Shown: positions 28,391 to 40,505, counted from the stretch's first letter. The stretch: 64,000 nucleotides of DNA from Escherichia coli (GCF_003334355.1 NZ_QOWP01000001.1), one strand, 5' to 3'. Made by a program: numbers and translations. Notes: a model not told the origin generated them from the letters alone.

Positions 28391-28732
28391 TTATTCAACT
28401 TCAATACTTTTGACGATCAGCGAATCGCCGGTATCGACACGCAACCGCTCGCCGTGACAGAGCGGACACTGCGCATCGTGCTGATGAATCTCCACCACCT
28501 GGCTGCAATCCCAGCACCAGGCCTGGGCGGGTTTATAGACGATATGTAAATCGCACCCTTGCGCCACCGTTCCGTGGCAGACAATTTCAAAACTAAAACG
28601 GACGGCGCTCTCCTCAACGCAGGAGAGCGCGCCAATTTCCAGCCACACGGCGGTGACGCGCTTAACATCGTGCTGCTCCGCCTGCCGTTGGATAATTTCA
28701 ACGGCGCTCTGGCAAAGAGACAACTCATGCAT
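28391..28732 (-). CDS. hybF: Hydrogenase nickel-insertion protein (HypA paralog)
   Basis: ATG at 28730-28732 gives MHELSLCQSAVEIIQRQAEQH..., 113 aa with CxxC...CxxC zinc motifs. Confidence 0.92.
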   Translation of the reverse strand: MHELSLCQSAVEIIQRQAEQHDVKRVTAVWLEIGALSCVEESAVRFSFEIVCHGTVAQGCDLHIVYKPAQAWCWDCSQVVEIHQHDAQCPLCHGERLRVDTGDSLIVKSIEVE

Positions 28733-29213
28733 TTTCGCCACTCCTGCGACCAAACAGCAGGGCGCGACGCCCTGCGTGTGGTACATCCGGATTCGTGACT
28801 GGCAGCGAAAGGATCATTCGTGCGCAGTCATCCGTCAGGCGTTGGCCCTCTTCAATCGACATGCTGTGCGAAAGCGGCGACATCAGCGAACAGGAGAGAT
28901 ATTGCGAAACACCGTCCAGTTCGCCAACGGTAAAGGTCATAGTGCCATACGGCAGTTGCAGACCAATTTTTTCACTCACTTTGCGCAGCGGCCAGAGTTG
29001 ATCCGGGCCGGGGAAGATAACTGCACTCAGCATCCACGGGGTGATCACACACCCCGTCCACTGACCTTCGAACAGCGTAAAATCAGAAACATACACCGGC
29101 ATTGAAGGATGCAGAAAAGAGAGATCGTGCATCGAACGCCGGGCAATTTCTTCAAACGCTGCCTGTACTTGCGCCTTCGGGGAGGTCTGGAAACCTGCTA
29201 TCTCTTCAGTCAT
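28725..29213 (-). CDS. hybE: Hydrogenase-2 operon chaperone
   Basis: ATG at 29211-29213 gives MTEEIAGFQTSPKAQVQAAFEEIARR..., 162 aa; overlaps hybD 3' end. Confidence 0.92.
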   Translation of the reverse strand: MTEEIAGFQTSPKAQVQAAFEEIARRSMHDLSFLHPSMPVYVSDFTLFEGQWTGCVITPWMLSAVIFPGPDQLWPLRKVSEKIGLQLPYGTMTFTVGELDGVSQYLSCSLMSPLSHSMSIEEGQRLTDDCARMILSLPVTNPDVPHAGRRALLFGRRSGENA

Positions 29214-29700
29214 GAATCGCCTCCCGTGGGATGGCTTCCACGCCAGATTCACGCAGCGCAGCCAGAACCTGCTCAAGCGCAGGTTCAATCATTGCTTCAA
29301 CCGTCGGCGTTAAGCCGATGTGTGGCTCCAGCGATTCCGGGATCACGCCGACCAGGGTCAGCTTTTTCGGAAACTCGCCGGTGAAGCGCAGGGCCGACAA
29401 GACGTCGGCCAGGCCAAGCTGATGCGGAGAGATTTTGTTGGTAAACAACGCCGGAACTTCTTCATCCCGCAGGATCATCATCGTTCCCGGCGCGTTCTTT
29501 TTCGAGACAATGGCATCCGCAATAATCAAATGATCGCGATTTGCCATGTCGCCAAGCAGCTCCATTCCCGCCGTGCCGCCATCGAGGATCTCAACATAAT
29601 CCGGCAGAATGTATCGTTGCTCTAACGCTTCGACAATCCGCACACCGATGGCTTCATCGGTCAGCAAAATATTGCCGACCCCTAAGACTAAAATACGCAT
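29206..29700 (-). CDS. hybD: Hydrogenase-2 maturation endopeptidase
   Basis: 164-aa ORF MRILVLGVGNILLTDEAIGVRIVEALEQRY. Confidence 0.93.
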   Translation of the reverse strand: MRILVLGVGNILLTDEAIGVRIVEALEQRYILPDYVEILDGGTAGMELLGDMANRDHLIIADAIVSKKNAPGTMMILRDEEVPALFTNKISPHQLGLADVLSALRFTGEFPKKLTLVGVIPESLEPHIGLTPTVEAMIEPALEQVLAALRESGVEAIPREAIHD

Positions 29701-31403
29701 TACAGAACCTTCACTGAAACCACTTCGTTGCCGTCAGCATCCACTACGTGTACCGCACAGGCCATGCACGGGTCAAAGGAGTGAATGGTACGCACCACTT
29801 CCAGCGGTTTATTCGGATCGGCAACCGGTGTACCCACCAGCGACTGCTCGTAAGGACCGACGTCATCATTGAAGTTACGCGGACCAGAGTTCCAGGTTGA
29901 TGGAACAACCGCCTGGTAGTTGCTGATGATACCGTCTTTAATAACCATCCAGTGAGAGAGCATACCGCGCGGCGCTTCGAGGAAGCCAACACCTTTGAAT
30001 TCACCCGTTGCCGGAATGTTCGGTTTCACGAAGGTGGTGTGATCGCCTTTGCCGATATTGGTGATCAGTGCACTGTATTGGTTTTGCAGGATATCCTGCA
30101 ATTCGCAGCAGTGAACGGTACGACCAATAATACGGCCCAGCGTAGAGTGCAGTTGCGCCACTTCCAGCGTGTTACCAGTCAGTTTCTGATAAATCGCAAC
30201 GATTTCATTCAGTTTGTTCTGGGTAGATTCGCGACCTGCCGCCAGTTTCACCAGCATATTAGCCAGCGGACCCACTTCTACCGTTTTGCCGTAGAAAGTC
30301 GGTGATTTCACCCAGGAATATTTCCCGTCGTCAGACCAACCATCATAAGCCGGAATGGTGGTGCCTTCCCACGGTGCCTGCGGCGCTTCGTCTTTATACC
30401 AGGAGTGCTTCGCGCTTTCCTGAATGCCTTTGATCAGGTATTCATCGGAATGAGAAGTGATCGGACGATACGAGGACAGATCCGCATTCTCAATGTAGCC
30501 GCCCGGGAACAGGAAGCTGCCGTTTTTACTGTCGGTCGGGAATTCCGGCACGCTCAGGTAGTTCACCGCACCTTTACCGCGTGTCAGCCATTCCGGGTAG
30601 AACGCGGCAATAACTGCGGTATCAACCTTATAAACCTGCTCAACAAAGTCGCTCAGTTTGTCGATGAAAGACTTGATGTACATCAGGCGCTCAAGGTTCA
30701 GCACGCCCAAACCGTCGAGGTTGATCGGGTTCGCGACACCACCTACCGCCAGGTTCTGAATGTGCGGCGTTTTACCGCCCAGCAGCGCCACGACGCGGTT
30801 AGCGTCACGCTGGCACTCCAACGCTTGCAGGTAGTGCGCTACCGCAATCAGGTTTACTTCCGGCGGCAGTTTCATCGCCGGATGACCCCAGTAGCCATTA
30901 GCGAAAATACCCAACTGACCGCTGGCAACCAGATCTTTGATCTTGTTCTGAACTTTGGTGAACTCTTCCGGACTGTTCAGGTGCCAGGTCGAAACGCCTT
31001 TCAGCATTTCGGAGGCTTTGGTTGGGTCAGCTTGCAGTGCAGAAGTGATGTCCACCCAGTCCAGCGCCGAAAGCTGATAGAAATGAACAATATGGTCATG
31101 CGTGGTGTGCGCAGCCAGAATGATGTTACGGATGTATTGCGCGTTAACCGGAACGTCGATATTCAGCGCACTTTCTGCCGCACGAACGGAAGACAGCGCG
31201 TGAGTGGTAGTACATACGCCACAGATACGTTGCACAATCATCCATGCATCGCGCGGATCGCGGTTTTTCACTATCTCTTCCATGCCGCGCCACATGGTAC
31301 CGGAAGCCCATGCTTTCGAAACGACGCCATTTTCGATTTCGCAATCGATGCGTAAATGCCCCTCAATACGGGTTACCGGATCAATAGTAATTCTCTGGCT
31401 CAT
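29700..31403 (-). CDS. hybC: [NiFe] hydrogenase 2 large subunit
   Basis: 567 aa; N-terminal RIEGH and CGVC nickel-ligand motif, C-terminal DPCMACAVH. Confidence 0.96.
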   Translation of the reverse strand: MSQRITIDPVTRIEGHLRIDCEIENGVVSKAWASGTMWRGMEEIVKNRDPRDAWMIVQRICGVCTTTHALSSVRAAESALNIDVPVNAQYIRNIILAAHTTHDHIVHFYQLSALDWVDITSALQADPTKASEMLKGVSTWHLNSPEEFTKVQNKIKDLVASGQLGIFANGYWGHPAMKLPPEVNLIAVAHYLQALECQRDANRVVALLGGKTPHIQNLAVGGVANPINLDGLGVLNLERLMYIKSFIDKLSDFVEQVYKVDTAVIAAFYPEWLTRGKGAVNYLSVPEFPTDSKNGSFLFPGGYIENADLSSYRPITSHSDEYLIKGIQESAKHSWYKDEAPQAPWEGTTIPAYDGWSDDGKYSWVKSPTFYGKTVEVGPLANMLVKLAAGRESTQNKLNEIVAIYQKLTGNTLEVAQLHSTLGRIIGRTVHCCELQDILQNQYSALITNIGKGDHTTFVKPNIPATGEFKGVGFLEAPRGMLSHWMVIKDGIISNYQAVVPSTWNSGPRNFNDDVGPYEQSLVGTPVADPNKPLEVVRTIHSFDPCMACAVHVVDADGNEVVSVKVL

Positions 31404-32578
31404 GCTTTGCTCGCCTCATGACGATTATGATCGTTTTGTTTTAAAGGAGGAAGTATCGGCAGTAGACGAATGAGTACGATGTAAGCGCAAATCTCAATAG
31501 CCACAAAACCAATAGAAATCAACAGTTCTTCCCAGGTCGGGAAGTAGGCGTAACCGCCGCCCGGGTTGAATGCCACCAGCGAATAGGTCAGACGCCAGGT
31601 TGCACAACCTAACAGTGCGCTCAGTGCTGACAGGAACAGCATGCGGGAATCATTACGCAGCTTCGCCACACGCAGAACGACCAGCGGGAAGAGCATCAGC
31701 AGGACTTCAATCCAGAACATCACGGAGTAGAAGTCACCGGCAAACGCTAACGACAGCTTGTCGCGATAGATAAGCTCGCCAAAGCGCAGCACGATGAAAA
31801 TCGCCAGCAACACACTGATGGTGTTGGTCAGCTTAACAAACAGACTCTTTTCATCCGGACCGTTGCCACGCAGACCCGCCTGCACCAGCGAACCTTCAAA
31901 GATGACAATCGAGAAGCCCATGATGAACGCCGTCAGCAGCGAGAACAGCGGCAACATTTCATAGCTCTGCCACAACGGATGCACCTTGTAGCCCGCCGAG
32001 ATCATCAGCGACCCCATTGAAGACTGGTGCATGGTCGGCAGCAGCGCACCGAGCGCGATGATGAAGAACATCACCTTGTTTAGTCGCTGTAGCGACACCT
32101 TCCACCCCAGACGTTCAAACAGTGCCGGAGCAAACTCCAGTGCCATCACGCCGATATAGATGGTCATACAGACCGCCGTCTCGAACAGTACCGAGTTCAC
32201 GTTGAAGTGACCCGGAATGTAGAAGTACGGCAGGTTCCAGTAGCGACCCACGTCGATAGTGATCGACAAGCCACCCAGTGAGTAACCAAACAGACTCGCC
32301 AACAGCGCCGGACGCACCAGCGGATGGTATTGCCCACGGTTAAAGACGTATACCGCCCACGCCAGCGCCCAGCCGCCACAGGCAAAGCCGGTGCCAATCA
32401 GCAGGTCAAACGCGATCCACACGCCCCACGGGAAGCCGCCGTTCAGGTCAGAGACAGAGCCCAGACCGAACACCAGACGCTTCACAATCAGGAGCATACA
32501 GATGACGATTAACGGTCCAAAAATCATGACCGGTTTACTGATGATTTTGCCGCCCAGCGGTTGTGGATCATGACTCAT
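31400..32578 (-). CDS. hybB: Hydrogenase 2 integral membrane subunit
   Basis: 392-aa polytopic membrane ORF, overlapping hybC start and hybA stop. Confidence 0.93.
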
Positions 32579-33554
32579 GATCGTCTCCTCCGTCGTGATG
32601 GTCGTTTTTGGTGTTGCGACGAACCAGCACGGTTAAGCCCGCCAGCACAGCCAGTGGTAGCATCATGCCTTTATACAGGGTGTGTTGAATATTTTCGGAA
32701 CGCGCACCGGTAGAAAGATCGTCCAGTTTCGGCAGGTCGAGATTTTCATAAGGCACACCCGTCAGTACCAGAACCTGAGTACCGCCGCCCTCTTTCTCGC
32801 CGTACAGATGCGGATAATATTTCGGCACCGTATGCAGGTAAGTGTCGCCAGATTTCAGCGTCTGACGCGGATAGTGGTATTCGCTGCCAGGCTTCAGCGC
32901 CAGACGTTTTTTCGCCTCCGCCATCAGCTCTTCACGCGTACCGAAAATCACCGCGCCCGCCGGGCACACTTCTACGCAGCCAGGTAGACCGCCTTTATCG
33001 AGACGTTCCACACCTTTCTGGTTGCACAGCTCGCACTTATGCAGCGCACCAAACGGGTTGTTGTAGTCGTACTTCGGCACGTTGTACGGACAGGCGACCA
33101 TGCAGTAACGGCAGCCGGTGCACACGTCTTTGTCGTAATGGACAATGCCGGTTTTCGGATCTTTTTTCAGTGCAGAGACCGGGCACACAGAGACACAGTT
33201 CGGATCGACGCAGTGCATACACTGTTTCTTAATGTACGCGTAGCCGTTCTCCTCCTGGTCTTTGTTGACCCCTGTGCCGCTGGTCCACACCTGAATGATG
33301 TTATTGGTATACGGCGACAGTTTGTCGTTGTTCGACCAGGTCTGTTCCCCTTGCGGGTTACGTTCAGGGAAGTTGATATCCTGACACTTGGTGACGCAAG
33401 CCTGGCAGCCTACGCACAAGGTCGAGTCGTACAACATCCCCAGCGATCCCGGAATTGGCGGGCGGTTTTCAGCAGCCGCATGACTGACAGACGGCAGCGC
33501 GCCCGTCAGCAATGCCCCGCAGGAGGCTGCTTTAATAAAATTACGTCTGTTCAC
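32568..33554 (-). CDS. hybA: Hydrogenase 2 ferredoxin-type Fe-S subunit
   Basis: 328 aa; Tat-like N-terminus [16 protein letters not shown], multiple CxxCxxCxxxCP clusters. Confidence 0.93.
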
Positions 33555-33556
33555 GG

Positions 33557-34675
33557 TTATTCTCCCCGTGAGTCAGCGTTATCTTTCTTTTGCTGACGAC
33601 CCAGTTCACGCACCGCCATCACGCTGACACCGGCAACGAGCCCAACCACACCGCCGAGCAAACCAATAGCGCCTGCAGAGACGTTGCCGCCCTCTTTAGC
33701 GTTAACATCCGGTTTCTGTGAACGCGGAGTCTGATTTTCGACGTTGGCAAGCTGATGGATGCCTTTATGGAAGCCGATACCTTCTTCGTTACAGCCATAG
33801 CACGGGTGACCAATCGCCACCGGCCACACACCGCCAACATCGCAGAATTGCAGCGTTGAGCAGTTGCCATAAGTTTCTGGCCCTTTACAGCCGAGGTGGT
33901 ACAGGCACCAGCCTTCGCGGTGGCCTTCATCACCGAACTCTTTGGCAAAACGACCAGCATCGAAGTGCGGGCGACGTTCGCAGTGTTCGTGAATCAGACG
34001 GCCATAGGCGAAGGTCGGACGGTTTTTGTCATCCAGTTTCGGCGGTTTGCCGTAAGTGATGATGTGCGCAACGGTCGCGAGGAAGTTGTGCGGGTTCGGC
34101 GGGCAGCCCGGAATATTGATAACGGTTTTGCCTGGCAGAACTTCTTGCAGGCTGACTGCGCCAGTTGGGTTAACTCCAGCTGCGGCAACACCGCCCCACG
34201 CAGAGCAGGAACCGATAGCGATAATCGCTGCTGCGCCTTCTGCCGCTTTGCGGATGTGATCCACAATCGGCTCACCAGCAACCATGCAATAAATACCGTT
34301 ATCTTTTAATGGGATGGAACCATCCACAACCAACACATACTGCCCTTTGTACTTCTCAAGTGCGTTATGTTTGTTCTCTTCGACCTGATGACCGAAGGCG
34401 GCGGAAAGCACTTCGTGATACTCCAGAGAGATAGTCTCCAGCACGAGGTTTTCTACCGTTGGATGCGTTGCACGAAGCAGAGATTCCGTACAACCGGTGC
34501 ACTCCTGCGCGCCAATCCAGATAACTGGCGGACGCTGCGGGTTAGTAACCGATTCGGCCATCTCTGCAGCGGCTTTGCTACTTAACCCCATGGTGGCGGC
34601 TAATGCTGCACAAAGCTTCATGAAATCACGACGGTTAATGCCGTGAGAATGGATGAGGGTGTTATCTCCAGTCAT
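33557..34675 (-). CDS. hybO: [NiFe] hydrogenase 2 small subunit
   Basis: 372 aa; twin-arginine signal [18 protein letters not shown]; Fe-S cysteine motifs. Confidence 0.95.
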   Translation of the reverse strand: MTGDNTLIHSHGINRRDFMKLCAALAATMGLSSKAAAEMAESVTNPQRPPVIWIGAQECTGCTESLLRATHPTVENLVLETISLEYHEVLSAAFGHQVEENKHNALEKYKGQYVLVVDGSIPLKDNGIYCMVAGEPIVDHIRKAAEGAAAIIAIGSCSAWGGVAAAGVNPTGAVSLQEVLPGKTVINIPGCPPNPHNFLATVAHIITYGKPPKLDDKNRPTFAYGRLIHEHCERRPHFDAGRFAKEFGDEGHREGWCLYHLGCKGPETYGNCSTLQFCDVGGVWPVAIGHPCYGCNEEGIGFHKGIHQLANVENQTPRSQKPDVNAKEGGNVSAGAIGLLGGVVGLVAGVSVMAVRELGRQQKKDNADSRGE

Positions 34676-34863
34676 TTATAGTTATTCCGTTGCGAAGACC
34701 TGGCATATATTTTGCCTCAATCGCAAAATCAATAATGCGATCGATGCGCCATTTACCACACATTTATTATGGTTATCGATATCATGATACTGCGGCGGGG
34801 CGCTAAAACGAAGGGAAGAAGCATTAGTGTAATTAATTAAAGCAAGATAATACGTATGTTTGA
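34676..34863. promoter_or_regulatory. hyb operon promoter region
   Basis: Non-coding spacer upstream of hybO on the minus strand; no individual sites mapped. Confidence 0.35.
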
Positions 34864-35151
34864 TCAATTTTCGAGGCGATAACCGGCCATAAAAAAGCGC
34901 AACGTAGAACAGGAATTATTCTCACGAAAGAAATCCATTACCATCTCTTTATCCAGTCCATAGCGGCGCGTCAGAATACCCGCTTCCCAGGCGCTAAGCT
35001 GGCGATCTCCGGTCTTTTCGTACATCCGGTGTGAGTAGCCTAATACAAAACCGCGTTTATAATCGGCACAGAATTTTGTCACATTAACCGCACTGTCGGC
35101 ATGCGTTGCTTTTAATCCCGCCATTAAGCCTTTACCAAAATGGTTATTCAT
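34864..35151 (-). CDS. yghW: Small conserved protein YghW (DUF2623)
   Basis: 95-aa [38 protein letters not shown]. Confidence 0.85.
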
Positions 35152-35269
35152 CGTTCACCTCATTCGCTATATATCACCATATATAGCGATATTTTAGGCA
35201 AAGAACGACTTTTGCGCACGCTATTTTTTCATGCTTGTTTAAGACGTAATCCAGTAAGAGATAAACCTA

Positions 35270-36157
35270 TCAGGAGAGATATTTATCGAACCATTTCAGT
35301 GTCCTTTGCCAGGCAAGATCGGCGGCAGATTTGTCATAACGGGGCGTGGAATCATTATGGAATCCGTGATTAACCCCCGGATAGATATACGCCTCATAAA
35401 CCTTATTATTGGCTTTCAACGCCGCCTCGTAAGCAGGCCAGCCCTCGTTGATTCGGGTGTCCAGTTCCGCGAAGTGGAGTAGTAAAGGCGCTTCAATCTT
35501 CGCCACATCGGCAGTGGGTGCCTGACGACCATAAAACGGCACCGCGCAGGCCAGTTCCGGATACGCGACAGCCGCCGCGTTCGATACGCCACCGCCATAG
35601 CAAAATCCGGTAATACCCACTTTGCCTGCCGCTTGCGGATAGCGTTGCATAAACTCAATTGCGGCAAAGAAATCATTCATCAGTTTGGTTGGATCAACCT
35701 GCTGTTGCAGCTCACGACCTTTATCATCATTTCCCGGATAACCTCCAACGGAACTTAAGCCGTCAGGTGCCAGGGCGATATACCCCGCCTTCGCCACTCG
35801 CCGTGCCACATCTTCGATATACGGATTCAGTCCACGATTCTCATGCACCACCACCACGGCTGGCGTTTTGCCGCTCATTTTTGCGGGTTTCACCAGATAA
35901 CCCCGTACCTCGCCGTGACCATTTGGCGAAGGATACGTGATGTACTCAGCAACAATCTCCGGGTCGGTAAACTCTACCTGAGTCGCCAGCGCATAATTTG
36001 GCTTGAGCAAATCAAACAACGCTAATGCCGTCATCCCGCCCACCGCATACTTCGCCGCAAGGTTGAGGAACTCACGTTTCGAGATTTTCCCGTGAGCGTA
36101 ATAGTCGTAGTAATCCAACAACTCTTGTGGGAAATCTTTGGCGGTTAAACGCGGCAT
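35270..36157 (-). CDS. yghX: Dienelactone hydrolase family protein (intact reading frame)
   Basis: ATG at 36155-36157 with upstream GAGGAG SD gives MPRLTAKDFPQELLDYYDYY...; ~295 aa uninterrupted; contains GFCYGG nucleophile elbow. Confidence 0.8.
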   Translation of the reverse strand: MPRLTAKDFPQELLDYYDYYAHGKISKREFLNLAAKYAVGGMTALALFDLLKPNYALATQVEFTDPEIVAEYITYPSPNGHGEVRGYLVKPAKMSGKTPAVVVVHENRGLNPYIEDVARRVAKAGYIALAPDGLSSVGGYPGNDDKGRELQQQVDPTKLMNDFFAAIEFMQRYPQAAGKVGITGFCYGGGVSNAAAVAYPELACAVPFYGRQAPTADVAKIEAPLLLHFAELDTRINEGWPAYEAALKANNKVYEAYIYPGVNHGFHNDSTPRYDKSAADLAWQRTLKWFDKYLS

Positions 36158-36313
36158 CGTTGCACTCCTCAACTGGTGTTTTTTTAAGCAAAGCATAAGC
36201 ACGTGTTTTTGCCCAGTTTTTCGTCACTCTGTGAGCCAGACTACGGGATACGCGCTGGCGAATCGCTAAACTAGAAACATTGTTTCGAAATTGAACGGTG
36301 GAAAGGAGAGGTC

Positions 36314-37354
36314 ATGGTCTGGTTAGCGAATCCCGAACGTTACGGGCAGATGCAATACCGCTATTGCGGAAAAAGCGGTTTACGCCTGCCCGCGTTATCG
36401 CTCGGTTTATGGCACAATTTCGGTCACGTTAACGCGCTGGAATCACAGCGTGCGATCCTGCGTAAAGCGTTTGATTTGGGCATTACGCACTTTGATTTAG
36501 CCAACAATTACGGGCCGCCTCCAGGAAGCGCAGAAGAGAACTTTGGTCGCCTGCTGCGGGAGGATTTTGCCGCTTATCGCGATGAACTGATTATCTCTAC
36601 CAAGGCTGGCTACGATATGTGGCCCGGCCCTTACGGCTCTGGCGGTTCACGTAAATACCTGCTCGCCAGCCTCGACCAAAGCCTGAAGCGTATGGGGCTT
36701 GAGTATGTCGATATCTTTTACTCTCATCGCGTCGATGAAAATACGCCGATGGAAGAAACCGCCTCTGCGCTGGCTCATGCGGTACAAAGCGGTAAGGCGC
36801 TGTATGTCGGGATCTCCTCTTACTCGCCAGAGCGGACGCAAAAAATGGTCGAGTTGCTGCACGAGTGGAAAATTCCGCTTTTAATTCATCAACCTTCGTA
36901 CAATTTACTGAACCGCTGGGTGGATAAAAGCGGCCTGCTGGATACCCTGCAAAATAACGGCGTGGGCTGTATTGCCTTTACTCCTCTGGCTCAGGGATTG
37001 CTGACCGGAAAATATCTCAACGGCATTCCTGAAGATTCACGGATGCATCGTGAAGGGAATAAAGTTCGTGGCCTGACGCCGAAAATGCTCACCGAAGCCA
37101 ACCTCAACAGCCTGCGCTTATTGAATGAAATGGCACAGCAGCGTGGACAATCAATGGCGCAAATGGCGTTAAGCTGGTTGCTGAAAGATGATCGCGTGAC
37201 GTCGGTATTGATTGGTGCCAGCCGTGCAGAGCAACTTGAGGAGAACGTGCAGGCGCTGAATAATCTGACATTTAGCACCGAGGAGCTGGCGCAGATTGAT
37301 CAGCATATCGCCGATGGCGAGCTGAATCTGTGGCAGGCGTCTTCCGATAAATGA
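36314..37354 (+). CDS. gpr: L-glyceraldehyde 3-phosphate reductase (aldo-keto reductase)
   Basis: 346-aa ORF MVWLANPERYGQMQYRYCGKSGLRLPALSLGLWHNFG; also known as YghZ. Confidence 0.93.
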   Translation: MVWLANPERYGQMQYRYCGKSGLRLPALSLGLWHNFGHVNALESQRAILRKAFDLGITHFDLANNYGPPPGSAEENFGRLLREDFAAYRDELIISTKAGYDMWPGPYGSGGSRKYLLASLDQSLKRMGLEYVDIFYSHRVDENTPMEETASALAHAVQSGKALYVGISSYSPERTQKMVELLHEWKIPLLIHQPSYNLLNRWVDKSGLLDTLQNNGVGCIAFTPLAQGLLTGKYLNGIPEDSRMHREGNKVRGLTPKMLTEANLNSLRLLNEMAQQRGQSMAQMALSWLLKDDRVTSVLIGASRAEQLEENVQALNNLTFSTEELAQIDQHIADGELNLWQASSDK

Positions 37355-37393
37355 CCTGTTAATAACGGGCGCGAGAACCGCGCCCGAATCAGA

Positions 37394-37957
<564 letters not shown>

Positions 37958-38078
37958 TCAACATATACGTTAAACCTTTGTCGCATAATTCTGAGGTTTA
38001 GGGATCTTCCTGGTTCCCTTATCAACGCATCGAGAACGTCTACCCTTAAAGGACGTTGAACCTGAAGGGAGAAAAACG

Positions 38079-38963
38079 ATGTCTCATTTAAAAGACCCGA
38101 CCACGCAGTATTACACTGGTGAATATCCCAAACAGAAACAACCGACGCCAGGCATCCAGGCGAAGATGACACCGGTACCGGATTGCGGCGAGAAAACCTA
38201 TGTTGGTAGCGGTCGCCTGAAAGATCGTAAAGCACTGGTGACAGGGGGCGATTCCGGAATAGGTCGCGCTGCCGCCATCGCTTACGCGCGTGAAGGGGCT
38301 GACGTGGCGATCAGTTATCTTCCCGTGGAAGAAGAAGACGCTCAGGATGTGAAAAAGATCATTGAAGAATGCGGACGCAAAGCCGTTCTGCTGCCAGGCG
38401 ATTTAAGCGATGAGAAATTTGCCCGTTCGCTGGTTCACGAAGCGCACAAGGCGTTAGGCGGGCTGGATATTATGGCGCTGGTCGCCGGGAAACAGGTTGC
38501 CATTCCGGATATTGCAGACCTCACCAGCGAACAGTTTCAAAAGACCTTTGCCATTAACGTTTTCGCGCTGTTCTGGCTAACCCAGGAAGCGATCCCCCTG
38601 CTACCGAAAGGTGCAAGTATCATCACCACTTCGTCAATCCAGGCATACCAGCCAAGTCCGCATTTACTGGACTATGCGGCTACGAAGGCGGCGATTCTGA
38701 ACTACAGCCGTGGCCTGGCAAAACAGGTCGCGGAGAAAGGTATTCGGGTGAATATTGTCGCGCCAGGCCCGATCTGGACAGCACTGCAAATTTCCGGCGG
38801 ACAAACGCAGGATAAGATCCCGCAGTTTGGTCAGCAAACGCCGATGAAACGTGCGGGGCAACCGGCGGAACTGGCCCCTGTATATGTTTATCTGGCAAGT
38901 CAGGAGTCGAGCTACGTCACCGCAGAAGTGCACGGCGTGTGCGGCGGCGAGCATTTAGGTTAA
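38079..38963 (+). CDS. yghA: NADP-dependent short-chain dehydrogenase/reductase
   Basis: 294-aa ORF; Rossmann motif [12 protein letters not shown]. Confidence 0.93.
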
Positions 38964-39012
38964 AAAAATGCCCGGTTGTGAAAAGCAACCGGGCATCATT
39001 GTGAATTCACTC

Positions 39013-39112
39013 TTACCTGATGTGGCGAAAACGCCTTATCCGCCTACAAACGCATGAAGATTCAACATGTTGCAATAGATTTTGTAGGCCTGATGAGCGT
39101 AGCGCATCAGGC
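39013..39112. repeat. REP/BIME element
   Basis: cgccttatccgcctac and gtaggcctgatgagcgtagcgcatcaggc palindromic REP units between yghA and exbD. Confidence 0.55.
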
Positions 39113-39121
39113 AATTCTACT

Positions 39122-39547
39122 TTACTTCGCTTTGGCGGTTTCTTCGCCGACCAGACCTATCTTCAGGTAACCCGCCTGATGCAGCGTATCCATTACCTTC
39201 ATCAACGTCTCGTAATCGACGGTTTTGTCCGCTCGGAAGAAGATGGTGGTGTCTTTCTTGCCTTCGGTTAACGCATTCAACGCCGTAATCATTGTTTCAT
39301 CGGTGACCGGATCGTTACCGATAAACATCGAGTTGTCTGCCTTCACCGACAAATAAACCGGTTTTTCCGGGCGCGGCTGCGGCGTGCTGGTAGAAGCAGG
39401 CAAATTCACCTTCACATCTACCGTCGCTAACGGTGCCGCCACCATAAAGATAATCAGCAGAACCAACATCACGTCGATAAACGGCGTCACGTTGATGTCA
39501 TGCATTTCGCCGTTATCGTCGAGGTTTTCGTTAAGATGCATTGCCAT
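39122..39547 (-). CDS. exbD: TonB-system biopolymer transport protein ExbD
   Basis: 141-aa ORF MAMHLNENLDDNGEMHDINVTPFIDVMLVLLIIFMVAAP. Confidence 0.95.
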   Translation of the reverse strand: MAMHLNENLDDNGEMHDINVTPFIDVMLVLLIIFMVAAPLATVDVKVNLPASTSTPQPRPEKPVYLSVKADNSMFIGNDPVTDETMITALNALTEGKKDTTIFFRADKTVDYETLMKVMDTLHQAGYLKIGLVGEETAKAK

Positions 39548-39553
39548 CGGATA

Positions 39554-40288
39554 TTATCCTGCGCGTAATTTTTGTGCGACACGAACCGGATGCGCAGCGG
39601 CGCTGGCTTCCAGATCCAGGTCACGGCTTTGCAGCAACAATACCTGCGCTGCAACATCACCCAGCATCGCTTTAAAGCCGCCAATCTGGCGTGCAAATAC
39701 GTTATAGATAACGACCGCAGGAATCGCTGCCACGAGGCCGATTGCCGTTGCTAACAGAGCTTCTGCGATACCCGGCGCAACGACTGCCAGGTTAGTGGTC
39801 TGCGTTTGCGCGATACCAATAAAGCTGTTCATGATGCCCCAGACCGTACCAAACAGACCAACGAACGGAGAAATCGCGCCGATGGTTGCCAGATAGCCGT
39901 TACCGCGGCCCATTTGACGACCCACTGCGGCGACCCGACGCTCCAGACGGAAGCTGGTACGTTCTTTAATACCTTCGTTATCGTCGCTGCCTTCTGACAG
40001 TTCCAGCTCATTCTGCGCTTCATTGAGCAAATGCAGGCTTAAGCTTTTGCTACCAAAATCAGCGGCGATATCGTTGGCCTGGTTTAAGGAACGCGCTTCA
40101 GCCAGCAGTTGCTGCTCGCGCTTAAGGCGACGCTTCTGATTGAAGAACTCTACGCTCTTACTGAAGAAGATTGCCCAGGTGACTACGGAGGCCAAAATAA
40201 GCCCAATCATCACGCACTTAACGACAATATCGGCGTGCTGATACATACCCCAGACGGAAAGGTCCGTCTGCATTAAATTATTACCCAC
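39554..40288 (-). CDS. exbB: TonB-system proton channel ExbB
   Basis: 244-aa ORF MGNNLMQTDLSVWGMYQHADIVVKCVMIGL; start codon is GTG (40286-40288). Confidence 0.95.
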   Translation of the reverse strand: MGNNLMQTDLSVWGMYQHADIVVKCVMIGLILASVVTWAIFFSKSVEFFNQKRRLKREQQLLAEARSLNQANDIAADFGSKSLSLHLLNEAQNELELSEGSDDNEGIKERTSFRLERRVAAVGRQMGRGNGYLATIGAISPFVGLFGTVWGIMNSFIGIAQTQTTNLAVVAPGIAEALLATAIGLVAAIPAVVIYNVFARQIGGFKAMLGDVAAQVLLLQSRDLDLEASAAAHPVRVAQKLRAG

Positions 40289-40321
40289 TGTGTATCTCCA
40301 GGACGCAAGTCACAAAATCTG

Positions 40322-40340
40322 CGCATAATAATATCAAAAC
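40322..40340. promoter_or_regulatory. Candidate Fur box in exbB promoter
   Basis: gcgcataataatatcaaaa (reverse: ttttgatattattatgcgc) resembles GATAAT-type Fur hexamer repeats; exbBD is a known Fur-regulated operon. Exact site not verified. Confidence 0.4.
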
Positions 40341-40505
40341 GACGTCGAATTGATAGTCGTTCTCATTACTATTTGCATACTGCCGTACCTTTGCTTTCTT
40401 TTCCTTGCGTTTACGCAGTAAAAAAGTCACCAGCACGCCATTTGCGAAAATTTTCTGCTTTATGCCAATTCTTCAGGATGCGCCCGCGAATATTCATGCT
40501 AGTTT

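Noticed and set aside
30405-31355. 316-aa ORF antisense to hybC
   Set aside because: Lies entirely inside a well-supported coding gene on the opposite strand; Arg-rich translation typical of shadow ORFs.
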